DNA from: Trichoplax adhaerens
Taxonomy: Eukaryota; Animalia; Placozoa
Length of the DNA: 64,000 bases
Direction of reading: 5' to 3'
Assembly (NCBI RefSeq): GCF_000150275.1
Contig: NW_002060959.1
Coordinates: forward strand, 804,371 to 868,370
The notes beneath the pieces are model-generated. The model ran no database searches. It was not told the origin of the DNA and saw nothing but the letters and a program-made list of their open reading frames with translations. Numbering within the stretch: the first letter of the stretch is position 1; each line of letters opens with the position of its first letter. Below, one piece after another: positions 1-14,000 of the stretch. A program made the position numbers and the translations under genes.

Positions 1-552
1 CAGAAAATAGGACTTATGAGTCTCTTAGCGTACAAATATAAATTAGATATCTTATATATATATATACAGTATAGTGCTATAACATTTCATGAAATCTTTA
101 TAACGTGCGCAAACCAGAAAAAAAATAGGGAGGCGTAGTTTCTCTGCAGTACAATTGTTTCTTATTCCCAAATTTTCTTGCCTGAAAAAAATTTCGATAC
201 GATTGTCAATATCGTCATCATTCCTGAGTTTTGGCGCTATATTGTTCAATTATATCGATCTGATCTAAGCCTTTGACAATATTTTGTAATGGCTGAAATT
301 GGCGATGAAATGCTGTATTTATTCAGTAATGGATAAATCTTTTTTCAACGCAATACCTTCGCTAAGGCAGTATCTGTGAACGCTTTTAGTCTATAGCAAG
401 TCTTAAAATGTTTAGTTCAATATGCGTAGGAATGACTATGACCTTTAATGCCGTGATGATTATTACATCAACACTAATTATATACAGATATAGCTAAGCT
501 TACCAACATTATTCCAATGGGCTAAAATACTTTCTTTAAATTTAACCATTAG

Positions 553-1070
553 GTAAACCTAATGGCCAAGGCCATCATCGCCATCATCGTCATCATGATC
601 ATTCTTCTCAATCTAAAAAATTAAAAAAGAAAAATAAGAAAAAGAAGACCAGAACTGTCTTTTCACGAACTCAAGTTATTCACTTAGAAGCAACATTTGA
701 TCAAAAGAAATATTTATCATCAGCTGAACGCGCTGGTTTAGCTAATTTGTTATGCTTAACGGAACAACAAGTTAAAATTTGGTTTCAAAATCGCCGTAAT
801 AAATTGAAACGTCAATTAGCCGAGATGAAAGCAAGTAATATGATGACATTAAGAGCACAAGGTTTCAATAATGGTGTATCACCAGTCTATTATCAAGAAA
901 GAACGCCAACTGGTATTAGCATGTCCAATGCTGAAATTATTCGAACACTACCTCAGGCAGCATTACCGCATCCATCACCAATCCATTATCCTCAGGCTCA
1001 TCATTTACCTCATCATCCACATCCACTTTCTTTTGCTTCAATGGCACAACTACGCGCTATGATGATGTAA
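553..1070 (+). CDS. HMX: Hmx/NK5 homeobox transcription factor, terminal coding exon (upstream exons lie outside the window)
   Basis: Acceptor AG at 551-552 (phase 1) opens a frame to TAA at 1068-1070. Homeodomain 639-818 reads [60 protein letters not shown], matching the NK5 signature ([26 protein letters not shown]). It is followed by LAEMKASN...AQ...VSPVYYQE, which resembles the HMX-specific tail LAAELEAAN...AQRIVRVPILYHE. Confidence 0.95.
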
Positions 1071-3952
1071 AATGATCGTCATTTCCTATTTTGGTAAAGC
1101 CAAAGAGTAATGGGTACTAAGAATGTCGAATATCACCACAATTCCTGGTATGGTGGTCTATGATGAGAAAGAAATCTTCACGCTCTAATAAAGCCTCACG
1201 TTAAATTAATCATCGTTATGCCATCTTGTATCCCCTAATTTTCAATCACTGCATTTCTTGCTTATAAAATATATATTAGTAATAATATAATAATTCATTG
1301 GATAGATATAAAAATTTCAAAACTGAAAGAATTGATCGTATTTATTGCAAACAACAATTCGTAATTTTAACAAGATCCATATCTATTTGTTGTTAGTGAC
1401 TGCTCAGATTAATCGTATGATTGAATCTAATTTATTGCTTTCAAGTCCAACTATCATAACGTAAACAGAATTTGTTCTTATGTTGATTAAGGACAAATTT
1501 GATAAAATGTACAATTTAGGAATTTAGGAATTCAGCCCAATTTGTTATAGCCTGATATTTCGATTAGCTATCTTTGTTGTATTCTAAGTTGCTTTCGATG
1601 AGTTAACCGATATATCTTCTGCCTTATCTAATTTAAAGAGGTAATTTTTAGTCAAATGATAGACTATTGGTTTTATTTATAACTCTGTTCTACATTTCAC
1701 GATACTTATGATTGATATTCCGTTGCTGATTCGCTAACTCACTGGTTCATTTATTTAAAGCGTTGTAACATACAGTCTCCATTACTCCTCTCCACCTTAA
1801 CAATTTTAAAATTATAGACACAAATATTTACCTAGCAAATAGTAGAAAGTTACAAAGGGCAAACATCACTGATGGTGTTAAGGATAGAAATTGGTTAAAT
1901 TGACTGATTTTCAATATAAGCTATTGCACGCCCAAGATAAGATATTAGTTGATAATATCAGTCTGTAAGAGGTTATTATATTAAAACTGGATTGGAAATG
2001 AACGTCATATTTATATATCGATATAAATTAAAAATATTAAAAAGAAAGAAACAATTCCTTCAGCAATAAACTAAAATGCACTTAATCTTGATTTAAAAAT
2101 ATCACCAAATTAATCAATAAAATTCATTCAATTTGAGCTTTGGAAAATTTTGCCAAGTGTCTATTTTACACGATAATGACTTAATAAATCGTTTTTAATA
2201 GGATATTTACGGTAGCAGTATCAACTAGTTGACGGCTTCGTCCGTATTTTCACTAATTTGATGATTGCTGATGGCACGCTAGCTTTCCTGCTCTCATTAC
2301 TAATAATTTTTTAAGTGATAGCCCCTACGCAAGTAAAGAAAAAGTACTATTAACAGTTTACGATATATCACCCATAAATTTAATAGGGCTCTACCCTAGT
2401 ATTTACGGCAATGCCAATAATTACGCTATTTGAGTCATCATAAATGATGACTATTCTAAGAGAAAGGCTTTTCGACGCTATCCCAGAGCAATAAAAAATG
2501 TGAATACTTGTAATAATTTAGTGGTAATGCATTCTATAATTAATCATCCCTTACTAATCTAGTGTCGCAGCCAAGATAATTCTAGTCGAATCCTTAGTTC
2601 TATGGCAATCTCATTTTTATTCATATTTGCTATGGTAAGGATACGTGAATATAGCTAGTTCTATCCATAAGCAGGTAGCATACACAAGATTTAAACCCTT
2701 CATTGTTCTATTTATATTTTAAATGTTACGCATTCAATATTATCAGATTTAGAAGTGATTGGGAATCAAGTTTCTGCTGTCTTATTTTCGGAGCCGCCAA
2801 ACATGCAAAATTGTAATATAATATGGTTGGTCCCATAATCTAATTTTTATTTATGTATGCGCGAAAGATGAGTAAGGCCATGCCGAACATCTACTTTTCC
2901 TACTTTCTGTACCTCATCTATCCATTTATAAGCGTTAATGTTCTGATCGTAAAATGAAATTACGATATCTCCGAACCGTATAACTAAGCCAAGTTTATTA
3001 ATGCTAATAAAGTATTAAAATATGGATAACTTGTAAAGTATTTTTCATGGATCCTTAGGACCAACATTATCTTGATTTTGAGTTACTTCCATTTGAAGGG
3101 GAAAATAATAGTCTGTCTATGTGTAATCATTAGTTGTAGACTACTATATCGCTATTCAAAAGTTGGAAAAATTAAGTACTTTAATCCAACAACTTTGATC
3201 TTCTATTGATGCCGGTATTATTTTCGTTCGCTGATTGTAATAGATGTCACAACATTTAAATTTGATTCAAATTGGATGATAATGCATCAAAATAGGACCA
3301 AGACGGTAGAATATTTTTCTATCCTATGCATTTAGGATGATTGATTATCTTATTCTCTTCAATGCTCAATGGCGTACAAGAAACAATAACAACTTGTCTC
3401 CTTCTTTTTGGGATTAGAATGCGGTCGCAACTATGAATCAACGACTCAATTTTTGCTTTCTTCATTACTTTCTAACGTATACGTTACAGTTTTATTTTAA
3501 TCTTTGTTGTAATAATTCTATGGTGGTCTTTAATGATTGTTAATACGAATTCAAACAGAAATGATTAAGCCTCGATTGATATCGTATGCCATCGTCTTCA
3601 ATTGTTTTCTATAAAGAATAACTTACTAATGTTCAAGAATTATGCTATGAACAAGTGTTATTGAATATTAAAAGTGATAAATCATCGTATAGGAATGTAA
3701 AAATGAATGAAAATTTCTTTCATTCTGCTTTGATTTGTTGATATTTTAGAACCTGAATGTACCATCATTGATTCAAGATATTCAGGTAGATGTGCAACTT
3801 AGAGTACTAATGACTACCATTAAAAAATCTCATGTATTGAGACGTTCAATTTATTTCAAGGCTTATGAGGATATTTATAAAAAATTTTGAATGATTCCAA
3901 TAAGGTAGACTAGCTAGTATCTAATCATATCTGAAGAGATCGGCTAGTAAAC

Positions 3953-4340
3953 AAACTATAGAATTTGGTTATCAACTGACGATGGAGTGATTAGTTTCAT
4001 ATTAGAAAGCTGATCCATTGATGCATTCTACTGACTAAACTATAAAATTTAGTTATTAACTGACGAATAGGCGATTTGTTTCGTATCTGAAAGATGATCT
4101 ATTAATGAAAGTTATTGAATAAACTATAAAGTTTGGTTATAAATTGACAATGCAGGGATTTATTTCATATTAAAAAGCTGATTCATTGATGTTATCTCCT
4201 GACTAAATCTATAAAATTTGGTTATTAACTGACGATTGAGTGATTAGTTTCATATTAGAAAAATGATCATTAATATAATTTACTGACTAAAACATACATG
4301 CAATGGATTATTAGCTGATCTATTGATGGATTTTACTAAC
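3953..4340. repeat. Degenerate tandem repeat, ~84-bp unit, ~4.5 copies
   Basis: Unit AAACTATA(A/G)AATTTGGTTATTAACTGACGA...TTTCATATTAGAAAGCTGATCCATTGATG...CTGACTA recurs at about 3953, 4036, 4121 and 4205, followed by a partial copy. Confidence 0.85.
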
Positions 4341-5964
4341 TATTAGATTCAAAATGTAATCATTGAAATTTCTGTAACGTTAAGATAGAATCCAATCGGA
4401 TATTTCCTTCTGCAATTTATGGTAGACCTTCACTCGTATTTTACATTTTATCTAGGTGTCTACAAATGATATCGTAACTTATAATACTGGAACTCGATTA
4501 ATGATAGAATAAACAGCGGAAAAACTTTTAATCAGGAACTTCCTATTACCAACACCTCTTTTTTGGCTAACTGAATGCAATTCAAATAACTTAGCATTGA
4601 AATGGCTAATTATTGAATGGAATCAATCAATGAAAGTTATTTTATGTAATGAAAGCGTAAATAATTCTCACTTTTATTCCTATTTTACTTTATTGACAAG
4701 GATAGAGGATCCTCTCATTTACTCTTGATCCATCTCATCCAATATTATAAAAGTTTCAAAATTCAATTACATTAGCCGTGATAAAAAATTAATTTTGAAT
4801 GCTGTAAATTAATTCAAACAATATTGATTAGACATTTAGATTGATTAGATTATGATTCAATTTCATCAGCAAGATGATAATCAGCTGTCATCAAGATAGT
4901 ATTATATATTAAGGGTTTGATTCAGACGCTATTTAAAATTAACCTTGAATGCTGTAAATTAATTAGAAATACTTTATGATTGCTGCGCTTGAGTGAACAA
5001 CGACTGTTTTTTTTTTCATTTATTTAGGAAAAGAATAAAACTTGTGGGGAGCATAGCAACCAAGTCATAATCAGGACTAGCTTTGTCTTTAATTAGCTAC
5101 GTGTGATGCATAGGGATTTAGGTTTGATCGCACTATCAGCAACGCTCCTCCCTGTCTGGTCAGTAAATCAACATGAAAGCATAGTGCCGGTAGTAATAGA
5201 TGCAGCATTAAAATTGATTGATATAAGTAAGCCCTTGTTTTCCTATTCATATAGAATAGTTATACACATGGGAATGTAAAATCTCACTTAAAACTGCCAA
5301 AAAATAATAACCTACAGTATTCTATTTCTTAATTAGTTCGATGATTAGCATTACGAGCAGTTATTATAAGTAAAGCGATGCACAAACAGGAATAAGTTCA
5401 AGGTTATACTAGCTAATAAACAGATCTAATTAAGTACAGCAGTAGTTGGAATATGAAATGTGTTTATGTCGGTTAAAGGGAAGTAAATAGTTCCAGATCC
5501 AGAGGTTTGATATATTCCAGAATTGCAGAGTAAAAAATCCACATTATTATGCCTTACTGACGATAAAAATTCGAAGTCATTAGTTGATAGATATACGAGT
5601 AAAAATGATTAAAGGTTCATTGAAGTTTAGCCTACCGAACTATTCCTTGCATCACTTTATTTATCACTGGCTTGGAGCAATGTTCATAATATGTTACTGC
5701 ACTTTTAATTTATTGAGTACATTATTTCTAGGACGTACGTGTTAGAAGGTTATCTAGGGAATAGTTTGAATGATTTATTAATAAATGAAATCGAGGAGTC
5801 TAATAGTCGGCAAGTCATTCGTTGGCAAGAAATGATTTTGACTGCTAAAGTTATATTACATACATACAAGCGAAGTATAGAGAGTAAAGCATATGAAACA
5901 TTGAAAAAAAAGTTTTAAAGTTAATTTATTCTAAGCTCTAGCCACTAAAAGTGTTACAGATCTG

Positions 5965-6445
5965 AAGTGATCAAGTTTTAACAATTATCGAGCATAGCTA
6001 ATTAAAATATAAACTACTAGACATACTAGTGCTAACATGGTCAAGTTGTAGCATGTATCAAATGAACCTAACTGAAATATAAACTATTTGAGATATAAGT
6101 GTTAATTAACATGATTTAATTTTAGCAATTACCGAGGGTAAGTAATTGAAACATATACTACTAGACATATCGATACTAGCATGATTAAGTTTTAGCAAAT
6201 ATCGAATTTTACTAATTAAAATTTAAACTACTAGGGATATGGGCGTTAGTAGAATCGAACATAACTAGTCGAAATAAAACTACTAGAGATATGGGTGTTA
6301 ACATGATTTAGTTTTAGCACTCACCGAACGTGCCTAATTGAAATATAAACTAACAGAGATGTCTATAGGTGTTAACAAGATTAAATTTTAGCAAGCATCG
6401 AACGTTACTAATTAAATAAAAATACTAGAGAATGGCTGTTATCAT
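5965..6445. repeat. Degenerate tandem repeat, ~70-bp unit, ~7 copies
   Basis: Recurring AAACTACTAGA(C/G)ATA...GTGTTAACATGATTAAGTTTTAGCAA...TCGAAC...CTAATT. The AAACTACTAG-like core occurs near 6011, 6081, 6155, 6225, 6277, 6347 and 6420. Confidence 0.85.
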
Positions 6446-8062
6446 ATCCAATATCTAATGAAAGCTTGTGGAAAGATGTAGCGGATCAACTAATTATCAT
6501 CTGTAGAGTTTCCACTAAATTGAGCTTAGATTAATATGATAAGATTGCACGAAAATAGATAAAGTTACATATATGGCAAATTATAGAATTTGAGTTAGAT
6601 AGTAGTCAACTGGAGATTAAATCCTTGGCAATATAAAAAGAATCAAGTTTATATATTGAAGTGAAGCTTTACAAGAAATACTAGCTCTTGTTATTATATT
6701 TTGGAGACACTTTATCACGCTATCTATTGGACTTTCATGCTCTCATTTAATGCACGCCCATTAAAGATCCCTACCTCGACTAAAATCTGAAATAGGCCAT
6801 CCAATTAAACTTCATATGATCTAATATGAGACTACAATTATTGTTATTAGTATGTATGTTTGAAATATGTATAATAGTGAATCATTAGGCAAGGGAATAG
6901 GTTAAAACACATTTAAGGTAACAATCAATAAGATATTGGGCAAAAATAACAACATGTAATGATAGACAGATTAGCATACAATATCATTTAAGTCATAAAG
7001 TAGAAAACATTACTTTTCAAGCGAAACCATTGTTAGCCTTGAACAATACTAATGATATCGTGATAGATGACGATTTGATTTAATTGAACTAAAATCAGTC
7101 ATCACCTTTATTATATTGTCGCAGCATATAGAATAGAAACGCAAAAAATAAATTAAATTACAATTACTTCTTTATTTGACCTGAAAATAAGGCTATTAAT
7201 CTGGAGTGTTTTGAATAAATGAGTAAAAGCGTACTAGTTACATCAACAAGTTGGATCTGCACAGCGTCGAGAGAATCAACTTTTACATATTACTTTACGC
7301 AAGATACAGGAATATGGAATAAATCAGCTATAAGATTGACATGCAATGAAATAAATAGAAGAATAAAATAAATCATAGCAATCTACGTGACGAAATCATG
7401 AATGATATCAAATAGGTTGAGATTTGACGTCAGTCAATGGGTCTAATCACTTCTTTCTCGATATCATAACATTCAGTAACAAATTGTTACCAGATCAATA
7501 CAAATTTTTACATTCACTTGTAAAATAGAGTAATTGACTGATACCACAATCATAATCGTCTAATTCACGATCAACAATAATTTTGCAAGAAGATAGGGAA
7601 AAAACGATTAAAAATAAGAATAATATATTTTTGTTCGTCTTATTTGCCATTCAACTGATGAGTAAATGGTCATAAAGTTTAGCAAGATATTTTATTTCTA
7701 GTTTAAATAAGAGAATAGCGATCTATATCGTCTTGTAAAAACAAATGAAGAAGCTTGTATTATTTTTAATTTGTGCTATTCCTTAATTTTTCTATTGAAC
7801 ACTTCTTGGAAAGCGTTATAGTTTAAGAAGCGACTATTGTTTATTTGACGTAATTAGAGGAATTCCCCGTTATTCTAGTAGCAGTGGGATATTAAAAATT
7901 TAAAATAGAAAAAATTTAAGTTATTTATTTGTTTCATTTAGTTAATTCTCCTTCTTGGCGTAGAAAATAATAGTTACTTTTAAATCTTATAGTAGGTATA
8001 ATTTTTACGCTACGCCCTTCTTTGGCCCCCTCATATCCATGTATTCTCTTCCTGACGTTATC

Positions 8063-8082
8063 ATCAATCAATCAATCAATCA
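8063..8082. repeat. (ATCA)5 microsatellite
   Basis: Direct reading: atcaatcaatcaatcaatca. Confidence 0.8.
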
Positions 8083-11000
8083 ACTATTGCACCATCATTA
8101 TTATGTATCTAATCAGTAAAGATATGAATTTATTAATCATGCCCATAGGATATTGGCCATCGGAGGATCGGTTTAAATGATTAGCATACCTTTAACACAG
8201 CTGGATATATCATTATGATCCATTCATGATGAAATCTGTCGCTACATATCAATCACACGATCTCTTGGAGCTTGCTAACCGGGGGATGGCAAAAATTTTC
8301 CGAATACTGTAAGCAGTACAAGATATCAGAAACATGCAGTTCATAGTTAATCAACCATGTATTCGTTGGAATGATGCACATACTGTTATCGAGTTCCTTT
8401 CTGTTAGGACTTTAAAAGGAAATATACGAGAGCACAACCTATTTATCCTAGCTCTTCCTTTCAGATTAAAAAGCATCTAACTTGAAATCTATTCTTTGTA
8501 AGCTTAGTAATCCACCACTTCCAAAAATTAAAATTTCCTTGAAGGTTAATGATCATCGTCACTATCCGATAAGTTTTATTTCTTTAATTAACTCTGCAAT
8601 CAATACGAGAGTGTAAACGATTTATGTACAATCCGTTGCTTTATTGAATGCAACCTAAGCGATTGTTTACTGGTATTAGTCATCTCTACCGTCAGTATTA
8701 ATGGAAGCAATTGAAAAAATTCAAATTGATTCGGTAGCAATTATTACTTTAATCACCTTAATCGAGACTGTAAAGCGTATACATGTTATATACTTAACTA
8801 AAGGAAATTATGTATTTTTTTAACTACATTCTCATGTCTGTACAGGTTTATTAATGCCCTTGTCACTTGATACCCCCTGCAATTTATCGCAGCTTCAAGG
8901 CTATTCAGGTAAAATGCGATTAGGTGGATGCTTTGTTCGTGTCGGCATTTCAAAGCTTATATAAAATATTTTTACTAAATTAATAATAATTAAGGAATGC
9001 AATCCTCTAATGTCACCCCATCACTTCGACAGTAAGTAATACAAAAGTGATTAAATTAGTCGTAATGACTAAATAACAGATTACATCATTAATCTTGTCT
9101 TTAACTACTGTAAGAGCACTGGCTAATGATATTGCCATTTACAATGACAACAATTTAATGATGCTTTTCTATTCACTTCTATTGCTAGAAGATTGCAAAA
9201 TTTTGTGTAAACGGAACAGCCAATAACTATACTTCAAAATGATAATAGCTCAATCTATATTTAGCTATTGCCATCATAAGAATAAGTATAAGCCTTTAGA
9301 CTTCATCTCGATCGTTAACCCTAAGTTAATTAATTGATTATCAAGCTTCAATAGCGTAAGTGCTAGTCAAACAAGATTGCAGTCAATAGGTGGAAATAAG
9401 AATAGATGATAACCAATTGGCAATATGGAGAACAATAATGAAGATTATCATCAACAATGGAAAGATCAAATTGATTCATTTTATACATCATAGACGATCA
9501 ATGCACTTCTATTAAGTTTTTATTCAGCTATTGAAATGGAACAAAAAACATTATGTTTTTCTATGTTCAATGAATTTTATATTAGTCTTCAATTGCTTGA
9601 AGGATATACTTTTGTAAGATTGCGATCGATATTTCAATAGGCGAATAAGATGAAAACTTAGCGTCGACAGCCATGAACTTCATGTCTAACAGATGAGTAA
9701 ATCTTGAAGGGGTATCGACCTTCCTAACGTCGTCTTCAACTTGTATTTAAATATCATAACAACAAATTGCTCTTATAGGTGAACTTATACCGACAGGATA
9801 GTCAAATTAGAGGCTTGGCTTCTTATCGGTAGTCTGATAGTGTACATCAATTTCATTCATTCTTTTTGACATCCTTTCGTAACGCTGATGTCACGAAACT
9901 ACTCATCAATTCTAACGATTACTATAGAACTGATCTAAAAATATTAAGATTATCATGCTGCGATTTTACCCATAACGCCAAGGTACCGATGGGCGACCTA
10001 GACTTTATCGTTAATTTCCCAATCACCTTGTGAGAAAGTGCTGGAACTTGTAGACAATTACTTTTGTTTACATCGTTCTAATTCCAGACATACCGTAGAA
10101 TTTCGCTAACCAATGAGTTTATTTTCTTGCAAGTAAATGTTGTGGCTACGTAGCTGCTGGATATCAAGATTGGAACCTATTATAAAACATAACTATTTAC
10201 CTGGGATTAATGGATCATGTTTTCATTATATTTTACGGCATTATTTCATTGTATGACTCGCAAACTGCCCTTATTCACGAATTGCATGGTGTCAAAGCAT
10301 ATTTTTGTCCCTTTAATCTCGTTGTTACTAGTTAAACTTAATTGAAATCAAGCAATACAAATTCATTTCCTAGTCAATAGCTATTTCACTGAAATTTAGC
10401 TTTAGACGCCATTACTTCCTAATCTTTCCCCTAGATAAATATCAACATGATGTTGCAATTAAACTAGGATGGAAACAATATATTATGCATCGATGATGTC
10501 AAGATCTTAACCTACAGGCATAGACGAAACTATTGCCTAAGACCATAAATATATCCGTCATAAACGTAGAATCGCTTTGTTATTGTATTTTTATGTAATG
10601 AGGCTAATAAACTTAATTCAAATTGTCTGCTTTAAGCACAAGAATATTTATAGGCGATGTAGTATGCATAGAAAGTGGAATTTATTCTTTTAAGTAAAAT
10701 GATTCTGTATCGTCATTTTGCATTGGGAAATAATATAATCAGCAGTCATGTATGACCGGTAACAATGATAGATATATTGTCGTAGTAGGATTTAAGCAAT
10801 TGTTTAGTGTGCATATTCCTATTCATTTCTAATCTAAAACAGAAATTAATCAATCAAAATTGTTATTAAAAATAGAGGCAATGAACACGCCCGATTTGAA
10901 TTATTTAAATTTAATTTCTTTTCCCATGCCTTGCGGTTAAATTCGGATTATAATGGCGATTATAATTGCTTTCAATCGCAACATCAATTGTCGCTAAAAT

Positions 11001-14000
11001 GTTATTTGATTACTAGTACAATAAATATTACCATTAGCTATACACAGAGCTTAACAACATCGACAACGTATTCAATTTTTTCAAATACATTACGTTATCT
11101 TTTATTGTATATTGTGTCCATAGATTATTATTTATTTAAATCGGTTTATAAAATAATCTTACTGTAGATAACGAGCTCAATGGCAATCGCAGAGCACAAG
11201 AGTGAGTATCAAGTATGGCACTAGTGAGATTTGATATTCATTACTTCTTATTTAGTACTTTTATTGTCTCAACACTTTACTACACTTTACTATAGAGCCA
11301 GTTTCTGTAGGACAAGAATTAATTCTAACGTGCTTGTTGGCAATATATCGTATTAACGCGGACGCAGATATTTTTGAAGCTAATACTTTGTAGTTATATT
11401 ATCATTTTACCATTACTGTAAACTCACGGTTGCCTATAAATTTCTTATGAGTTGAGCTTATCGAATTAGCTTGGATAGAAACAAATGCCATGCAATTAGG
11501 ACTTACTTATCAAGTAATAATAGTATGTTATAGCCTTGGCTATGTTTTGCTTTACTATCGCAAACACGAATAATAAACGAAAATTGAGTTTCTGTCTTAT
11601 GCAGTTAAAGCATACCTTCCTCTGCTTAATTAATAAGTGTGTGTCATGGTACGAACCACCGTGAAGAGTAAATGACTAAATTTAGTAGTTAACATTTATA
11701 TATTACGATAACTAATAATGACTTACAGTAAGAACTACGGTAGCTATTATATTGTTACAGTAAATTATGCTGTACTGTAGCAAGAGTTCTTGTATGGTAA
11801 CTAATGTTTATTGATTATATGGTTATATCTTGTAACGCTTGTAATGAATATTCAGAAGATATTCAATTACAGATGATACTATAAATAATTCTATGTATGG
11901 ACATACTGTAATTTAATTATATATAATTATGTAGAATCGTTCAGTACATGTCCAAGATTACAAATAATTTCTGTGTTAATTTAGCTATCCAATACGAACT
12001 AAATTTCATGAACTGTTATGACTTATGCATGATAGCAGCTGCCGAAGGGTATTTAAGCTTAGCAGATAGTTGAATAAAAGAGAAGTTCTACAGTTACTTA
12101 ACGTAGAAGCAAAGGCGTCTAAATTCTTGAGAGATAGTTAAGGGATACTGAATCCCGGAGACTACGGTAATTTAGAGATTTGCTTTACGCTATCCTTGTC
12201 ACGAAGCTGGTTTTTGACAGTGCGAAATATTTTAGCGTGAGCTGAAGCTTACCAATTATTATATGTACAATTCATAACTCCCTCCGATATTTTCAAGTCA
12301 ACATATGCGTATATATCAGAAAATGTAACGAGATAAATATCAAGACAGTTTTATGTTCTTATTCCATTAAGTAGAGTACACATAGATTTTAATTTAACCT
12401 CCTTAAACTATTTAGACAGATCTGCTGTGTTCATAATAAAACCAATCAATCCATATTTCTATCACATTTATTTACGTACAAAACAATAAGCCAATGATCA
12501 AATTGCCATGGAAAGAAAATGGTCAGTTCCTGTGAAATATTAAAAATTGTAGCGCCTGATGTAATGTACACTACTAACTTTTAAATTTATACGAACTAAG
12601 TATTACGTTTCATAAATAGAAAAGCTGAAAAATTAAATTTGAATATACATTAATAGCGTGAAATTCAAGGTGACCAAAGGCTATTGCTAATATTGATCAA
12701 AGAGTACTGTGATTAAAATCTTATTTTCAATATCCAACAGAAATGACGATAATAGTATGTGATCTTATTGCGCTTGTATATGATAGTCTTAAATATCTGA
12801 TGTTAAAATAGGCGATGCGTAAATAATAAAGCTAATAAATTTTAAAGGCTGCGTTTGTTTTATTGCAAATTGGTTACTTCAATTTATCAATTTTCTTTAA
12901 CTTTTCACAGGTTTGAGGTAATGAGTTGCAAAGTACTTTACTATATCACTTTAGGTAATGAAGTTTATAATATGACGCCAACCAATTTCGTATTTTTACA
13001 TATTATTGTAATCCTCATGGTTTCCAAATGACGAATACCACTTAAGCTATTATGACGTATTTATGCTAGATTCATTCTACTACAAGATTGCAAAGGTATA
13101 AATATTGCCTGAGTTTACTTTACATCTATTTATTCTCAAAGTGTATTTCGACTTCTAACCTATCATAATCACACTTTATGCGATGTGATGATAACTAAAA
13201 TTTAGTCAAGGCGATGATTCAAATTCTCTCTCCCTTTATACGAGGTATTTCTTTCAGGATCAGTTATAAGTATTATGAAGAGGAATGCCTCATGACTCCG
13301 CTATTCAAAGTGGAACGGTATACAATACTAACAGTTGTGGATTAAGCGATTTATGGAATACGCTCGCAGTATTATTCTAACTAATTTGAAATCTTGCAGC
13401 TAAATATCAGCACAATTTATTGATAATTACTTAAACTTCGAGTTAATTATGCTGTTGAAGCTACTAGTATACTAAACTGACTTCATTTTAATCAAGTTTA
13501 TTAATAAAACTCCTTACGACTACGTTATCAGAGTGATTTTACTTCACAGATTATAAACGTAAGGAGAAGATAAATTATAAATTTTATCACCTAGTTACAT
13601 TGCTATGAGCACCATATACTTATTATAGTATGCCAAAATAATAGCTTATAGCAGCTCAATACATGAAACATCACCAACTATTTCAAAAAGCCTAACAGCT
13701 CTTCATCAATTAATAATGCTATTTGCAGAGACCCTTTAAATTCGTCAAAACCAATATCATGTTGTCGAAATAAATATAACCAAATATTCAAGAGCTCACT
13801 TCATAAACATCCCGTTTTATTCGTATGGAGTACGCGTACTTTAGTCAGAATTGATTATTAGATGAATAAACACCCTTTAGGATAATTAAATAATCTTTAC
13901 ATCCAAATCCATAATCATAACGGGATTATTAGTAGAATGTAGAGTAGTTATCCATACAATTTTCAATTTCATTACCAGACTCTATTAGTCTTTAAACAGA

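Noticed and set aside
871-1062. Alternative-frame ORF overlapping Hmx, and the antisense ORF 31549-31755 overlapping Hex exon 1
   Set aside because: Shadow frames of real coding exons.
5097-5279. 57-codon + strand frame with AG/GT boundaries; similar case at 8201-8308
   Set aside because: No recognisable protein and no partner exons; lengths are within chance.
3953-6445. Repeat arrays as possible CRISPR-like structures
   Set aside because: Whole units are degenerate copies with no unique spacers, in a spliceosomal eukaryotic context.
12502-12515. Other X-box-like words (ATTGCCATGGAAAG here, ATTGCCATGGTATA near 23708, CTAGGCAAC near 28549)
   Set aside because: Only half or degenerate matches and far from start codons. 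They show that near-matches arise by chance.
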